Of a DNA stretch of 64,000 nt, positions 59,641 through 64,000 are shown in pieces; position 1 is the first letter of the stretch; each line of letters opens with the position of its first letter. The position numbers and the translations under genes are program-made. The DNA comes from Lentisphaerota bacterium. GTDB taxonomy: Bacteria > Verrucomicrobiota > Kiritimatiellia > UBA8416 > VGWI01. The notes below the pieces were generated by a model that did no database searches, was not told where the DNA came from, and was given only the letters and a program-made list of their open reading frames with translations. The stretch is from NCBI GenBank assembly GCA_016873655.1, contig VGWI01000004.1, positions 160 to 64,159 of the forward strand, given 5' to 3'.

Positions 59641-60017
59641 TCGTAAACGGTCCAGTTGGACACGGCGGGGCCGGCGGGGCCGTTGGTCATGACAAGTTTG
59701 CTGCGCACGACGGTGATGTCAAAGAGCGACGAAGCGCCCGTCCCTATTGTTTCCTCGTAAATCCATACCTCGCTCGCGACGGCTTCGCTCTTGATCGGTT
59801 CCTTCCTGGTCGGGGTGCCCCAGCACAGTCCGGCTTCCATCGTATTCATGCCTGCCACAAGACGGCCGGACTTCACGGCTTCCTTGATCTCTTCCGGCCG
59901 GTCCTTGTGCGTCCTGCCGTACCAGGACCGCATGCAGTTCCGGTATGTCTCGGCAGGGGTTGTGGCGCAGCCGGCCATGAAGAGCATTGCGAGGCCAATC
60001 AGCAAGGCGATTCTCAT
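59637..60017 (-). CDS. Small lipoprotein (SmpA/BamE-like GM...WG.P...W.Y pattern)
   Basis: Lipobox MAG|C; GGAA RBS; ATGA overlap with the downstream gene. Confidence 0.75.
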   Translation of the reverse strand: MRIALLIGLAMLFMAGCATTPAETYRNCMRSWYGRTHKDRPEEIKEAVKSGRLVAGMNTMEAGLCWGTPTRKEPIKSEAVASEVWIYEETIGTGASSLFDITVVRSKLVMTNGPAGPAVSNWTVYE

Positions 60018-60151
60018 AGGTTCCTCCCCTACGGGCATGACTTCAACGCGGTGCATTCGTCGTGCGGCAAGGAAACCGTGTGCGGCGTCATGGGGCAAGC
60101 AAATAGTGACCTTCCTCACCGGCGACGCAGGCCCGCCTGCAACCTGCCCGT

Positions 60152-60500
60152 AGTGGTTCTCCCGGCCCGGGGTCGGGCCGGCTCCAGTTGGTCGAGGTGA
60201 TCGCGGGTTGGAGGGGCGCAGGTCTCTGTGACCGATCGGGCTGATGTCTTCCTGTAACCGCGGCGCGCCAGCCTTCGCTTGCTGTTGACGCGGCGAGCAA
60301 CGTCTCGTCACGCAGGGCCGCGTTGCCGAGGGGAGGGGCGCGCCCCTGCGTGGCGCGGCTACAGGACTGCAGGTCAATCTGTCGGGGATGGCAAAACGGC
60401 GCGCCCCTGCGTGGCGCGGCTACAGAACCCGGTGGGGCGCGGGTTGGAGCGCGGGGCGACCGTGCAGTGGTTCTCCCGGCCCGGGGTCGGGCCGGCTCCA
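60152..60500. repeat. Mosaic repeat cluster: family-2 repeats (60152-60186, 60445-60500) flanking a REP doublet (60242-60364) and a single REP (60398-60425)
   Basis: Direct sequence matches to 56333-56456 and 57450-57504. Confidence 0.8.
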
Positions 60501-60760
60501 TCTGGGAGCGTGGCGACCACGCGGTGCCTTGGAGATGCCGTGCCACCCGAAGGCGGGGGGCTGATACATTTCTTTTACACTTCTGTCATGCGTGGGTGAC
60601 AAGCCGTCTCGCTCGCTGTGTTTCAGTGACGCCGATGAAAGGGAGAGGCGTCCATGGCAACAGTGATGGCGACGCAGCCCAATCCGCGGTGGCGGCAGGA
60701 CGCCGATCCGGGTACATTCCACGCGGGGTACGGGCGCGGGCGCTGAAGGGGAGGTGTCCG

Positions 60761-62110
60761 ATGAGTACGGTGTTGAAGAGAGTGGCGGTTGCCGGTCTGG
60801 TTCTGCTTGCGGCGGGCGCCGAGGCGGCGAAGACGAAGTCCGCGGACAGCAGCGTGGTGAAGTGCACGGTTGAACTGGACCGGGCATTGCTGACGGCCGG
60901 ACGGACGCACAAGGCGGTGGTCAGGATATCGCTGGACGCGGACCAGGTTGTGAGGGCGGGTGAGCGTGCGCCTGTGAACCTGGCGGTTGTGCTGGACCGG
61001 TCGGGGTCCATGGGCGGCGAGAAGCTGGAGAAGGCCAAGGAAGCCGCAATTGAAGCGCTGCGCCGACTGGATGGGCGGGATATCTTCTCTCTCGTGGTCT
61101 ACGAAAGCAACGTGGAGACGGTTGTGCCGGCGCAGAGCGCGGCGAATACCGAGTGGATTGAGGCTCGGATCAGGAGCATTCGCACCGGCGGCAGCACGGC
61201 GCTGTTCGGCGGGGTAAGCCAGGGCGCCGCCGAAGTCCGCAAAAACCTCGACAAGGAATACGTCAACAGGGTGATTCTGCTCTCCGACGGACTGGCAAAC
61301 GTCGGGCCGAGATCGCCTGAGGACCTCGGGCGGCTTGGAACTGGCCTGATGAAGGAGGGGATATCCGTAACGACAGTTGGTGTCGGAAAAGACTACAACG
61401 AGGACCTGATGGCGAGGCTTGCGCAGAACAGCGACGGCAACACGTACTTCGCGGAATCGAGCCGTGACCTGCCCCGCATATTCAAGGCTGAACTTGGCGA
61501 CGTCCTCAGCGTTGTGGCCAGGGACGTGAACCTGATCATCGAATGCCCCGAAGGAGTGAGGCCCGTCGGCGTGATAGGGCGGGACGTTTCCGTGCGCGGC
61601 CGGACGGTTGAGGTGGCCCTGAACCAGCTCTACGGCGGCCAGAAGAAGTTCGCGCTGCTGGAGGTGGAGATACCGTCCGGTGCGGCCGGCGAAAGCAGGC
61701 CGGTGGCATCCGCGATGGTGCGGTATGAGAATCTTGTGAACCAGAAGCGTGAAGAATCGTCGGCCAGCGTCGAGGTGAGTTTCACGGCGGTGGTCGAGGA
61801 GGCGGAAAAGTCGGTGAACGCGGAGGTGAAGAAAGACGTTGAACTGAATCTCGCCGCCAGGGCGCAGGATGACGCCATCACTCTGGCCGACCAGGGCAAG
61901 GCGGGAGAGGCCGCCCAGGCCCTCAGGCAGGCTGCCGAAAGCCTGAAGAAGACGGCAGAGAAGCTGGACGACAGTGAGCTGGCGGAAAAGGCCCAGGAGG
62001 CCGAGAAGCAGGCAGCCGCTATCGAGGCCAACAGCGGGATGACGAGGGAGCAGAGAAAGACACTGAGGGCGGATTCGTACAGGACATACAACCAGCAGTC
62101 CGCCCAGTAG
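60761..62110 (+). CDS. Secreted von Willebrand factor A domain protein (YfbK-like)
   Basis: Signal peptide ending AEA; MIDAS DRSGSM, GGST, LLSDG.AN.G, YNEDLM..LA....G; GGAGG RBS. Confidence 0.9.
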   Translation: MSTVLKRVAVAGLVLLAAGAEAAKTKSADSSVVKCTVELDRALLTAGRTHKAVVRISLDADQVVRAGERAPVNLAVVLDRSGSMGGEKLEKAKEAAIEALRRLDGRDIFSLVVYESNVETVVPAQSAANTEWIEARIRSIRTGGSTALFGGVSQGAAEVRKNLDKEYVNRVILLSDGLANVGPRSPEDLGRLGTGLMKEGISVTTVGVGKDYNEDLMARLAQNSDGNTYFAESSRDLPRIFKAELGDVLSVVARDVNLIIECPEGVRPVGVIGRDVSVRGRTVEVALNQLYGGQKKFALLEVEIPSGAAGESRPVASAMVRYENLVNQKREESSASVEVSFTAVVEEAEKSVNAEVKKDVELNLAARAQDDAITLADQGKAGEAAQALRQAAESLKKTAEKLDDSELAEKAQEAEKQAAAIEANSGMTREQRKTLRADSYRTYNQQSAQ

Positions 62111-62172
62111 GTCCGGCGGTGGCGACGTGATCGCGGTGGGGGTGGCCGCTCTTGGGCCGGCGCGGGGGGGGC

Positions 62173-62227
62173 TGGGGCCGGGGCGGTCGCGCCCCGGTTC
62201 TCCCGGCCCGGGGTCGGGCCGGATCCA
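62173..62227. repeat. Palindromic intergenic repeat, family 2
   Basis: GGGGCCGGGGCGGTCGCGCCCCGGTTCTCCCGGCCCGGGGTCGGGCCGGATCCA. Confidence 0.7.
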
Positions 62228-62325
62228 GGGAAAAACATCCGGCGCGGTAAACTCGCCGGGGCAGGGATGGGTCGCGGGAAGGCGCCGCGGACTCGCAGGC
62301 TCTGCAGCGCGCAAGGAGGAACGGC

Positions 62326-63909
62326 GTGGGGAAGAGGGCGATAGTTGTTTACTGGCTGATGCTGCTTCTCCCGGCTGCGGCGTTGGCCGTGTGGGCTCTT
62401 TTCATGCTTCGGCACGAAGAGGAGCGCGCGGCGGGGCAGGTTGTAGCGGCGGCGCGCCTGAGGGCCGATGCCGGGGCCGACGCGCTACGGTGGCAGGTGG
62501 CCATTGCCCAGTCCGAGCTGTCTGGCCTGATGAATTCCGCCCCGGCCGGAGGTGAGGCCGCGTATCTGCTTGAACTGCGGAAGAGGCATGCGCTTGTCAG
62601 GAACGTGTTTATCTGGGACGAGGAATCCGGCCTTTTGTATCCGCGGCCGGGCGAATGCAGCGGGGAAGAGTCCAGGTTCATCGCGCGTTACGATGCGCTG
62701 TTTTCGGGGCGTGATTCGTGGGATGCCGGAGAGAAAGGCGCGAAGGCCGACACCGTGGGCCGGAATGCCGGCGGGTGGCTTTCCTGGTTCGAGGAGAACC
62801 GCCTGTACATGCTGGGGTGGAAGCGCTCCGGCGGGACGGTTTTCGGGATCGAGTTGGACTGGCCGGTGCTCCTGTCGAGGCTTGTTGCAGCCTTCCCTCA
62901 GCCTGGAGAGGGGTGGACATGGGAACTGGTTGACGGAGCGGGGTTCCCGATGCACAGGGCAGGCGGGGACGGAGAAGAAGCGAATGCGCCGGCCGCTGAC
63001 ATCGTGGTGACGCTGGACCCGGAGATGCCCCACTGGCGGCTTGTGGCTGGAGCCGGGCCAGGCGCATTCGCTTCTAGGTCGGGTGGGGTCATGGTCGTCG
63101 GCGGTCTTATGGTGGCGATTCTCGGGGTGTCCATTGTGCTGGGAGGAGGGCTTCTTGCCTGGCAGGCGTGGCTGCAGCGCAGGGATGCCATGAGAAAGAC
63201 CAGTTTCGTGTCGAACGTGTCGCACGAGCTCAAGACCCCGTTGACGGCCATACGGATGTATTCCGAGCTGCTGAGCGAAGGTCGCGTGAAGGAAGAGGAG
63301 AAGAGAAGGCGGTACCTCGATGTTATTTCCCAGGAGAGCATGCGGCTCACGAGGCTGGTCAACAACGTTCTGGATTTCAGCCGTCTTGAGCAGGGGAGAA
63401 AGACCTATTCACCGGAGAACATCGATGTGTGTGAGGCCGCCGGAAGACTGATGCGCGAGCACGAGTGGCGACTGAGGGACGCCGGAATGGAGCCGCGATG
63501 GGACGTGAGTGGGGCTGCCATGCGTGTGCGCTTTGACCGTGACGCACTGGAGCAGATATTGCTGAACCTGCTGGACAACGCCGTAAAATACGCGGCGGCG
63601 GGCGGCGAGTTCGTTCTGTCGGTGACCAGAGAGGGCGATTCGGTGTTCCTGAGGGCGATGGACCGTGGACCGGGCGTTTCCCGCCAGCACAGGGGAAGGC
63701 TGTTTGAAAAGTTCTTCCGTGGAGACGCGTCGCTTTCGGCGCCGAATGCGGGGTGCGGGCTGGGTTTGAGCATAGCCCGTCAGCTTGCACGCGACCTTGG
63801 CGGCGATGTCAAGTATGAGCCCCGCGAAGGCGGCGGCAGTTGTTTTGCGCTCGTAATGCCCGTCGCGACGGGTGAGGAAGGAAAAGTGACGGGGGGGCCG
63901 GCAGCGTGA
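62326..63909 (+). CDS. Sensor histidine kinase
   Basis: Two TM helices; H-box SHELKTPL, N-box NLLDNAVKY, G1 DRGPG, F-box FEKF, G2 GCGLGL. Confidence 0.95.
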   Translation: MGKRAIVVYWLMLLLPAAALAVWALFMLRHEEERAAGQVVAAARLRADAGADALRWQVAIAQSELSGLMNSAPAGGEAAYLLELRKRHALVRNVFIWDEESGLLYPRPGECSGEESRFIARYDALFSGRDSWDAGEKGAKADTVGRNAGGWLSWFEENRLYMLGWKRSGGTVFGIELDWPVLLSRLVAAFPQPGEGWTWELVDGAGFPMHRAGGDGEEANAPAADIVVTLDPEMPHWRLVAGAGPGAFASRSGGVMVVGGLMVAILGVSIVLGGGLLAWQAWLQRRDAMRKTSFVSNVSHELKTPLTAIRMYSELLSEGRVKEEEKRRRYLDVISQESMRLTRLVNNVLDFSRLEQGRKTYSPENIDVCEAAGRLMREHEWRLRDAGMEPRWDVSGAAMRVRFDRDALEQILLNLLDNAVKYAAAGGEFVLSVTREGDSVFLRAMDRGPGVSRQHRGRLFEKFFRGDASLSAPNAGCGLGLSIARQLARDLGGDVKYEPREGGGSCFALVMPVATGEEGKVTGGPAA

Positions 63910-64000
63910 GCAAGGTGCGCGTACTGGTTGCCGAGGATGACACGAATATCAGGGACGGCCTCGTGGACACGTTGGTCAGCGACGGGTACGAGGTCGATGC
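63906..64000 (+). CDS. Response regulator receiver domain, truncated by the window end
   Basis: GTGA overlap with the kinase stop; MSKVRVLVAEDDTNIRDGLVDTLVSDGYEV. Confidence 0.85.
   Translation, partial: MSKVRVLVAEDDTNIRDGLVDTLVSDGYEVD

Overview
GC-rich bacterial window, probably from the PVC superphylum (Kiritimatiellota/Lentisphaerota-like; inferred from PEP-CTERM proteins and Thr-Asn-rich secreted proteins, not certain). The first ~27 kb is one co-directional + strand locus and is the candidate novel system. It opens with a 5'-truncated giant (>3420 aa) secreted protein (LamG domains, Ig-like repeats, 59-aa coiled-coil repeats) and a C-terminally anchored membrane protein. These are followed by an atypical F-type ATPase cluster (alpha1-alpha2-short epsilon-c-b/delta-gamma-beta) that has TWO alpha paralogues, one lacking the arginine finger, and NO subunit a. 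The cluster runs directly into a type II secretion/type IV pilus-like module (GspE, GspF, GspG, three minor pseudopilins, PilM/N-like, PilO-like) and a MORN-repeat membrane protein; no secretin is present in the window. This looks like an F1-derived ATP-hydrolysing motor dedicated to a secretion/adhesion machine rather than an ATP synthase. Downstream are two diverged copies of a three-gene secreted/PEP-CTERM module, housekeeping genes (ychF-like, PPIase, recO, ybeY, holA, tRNA-Thr, ilvC, tsaE, thiL, bS22-like, hisG, tRNA-Val, purN), sugar/redox genes (including an OYE-GltD fusion and eda), surface-modification genes (MBOAT, GT4, sulfotransferase), several gene remnants, two families of palindromic intergenic repeats, and a VWA protein plus two-component system at the right edge.
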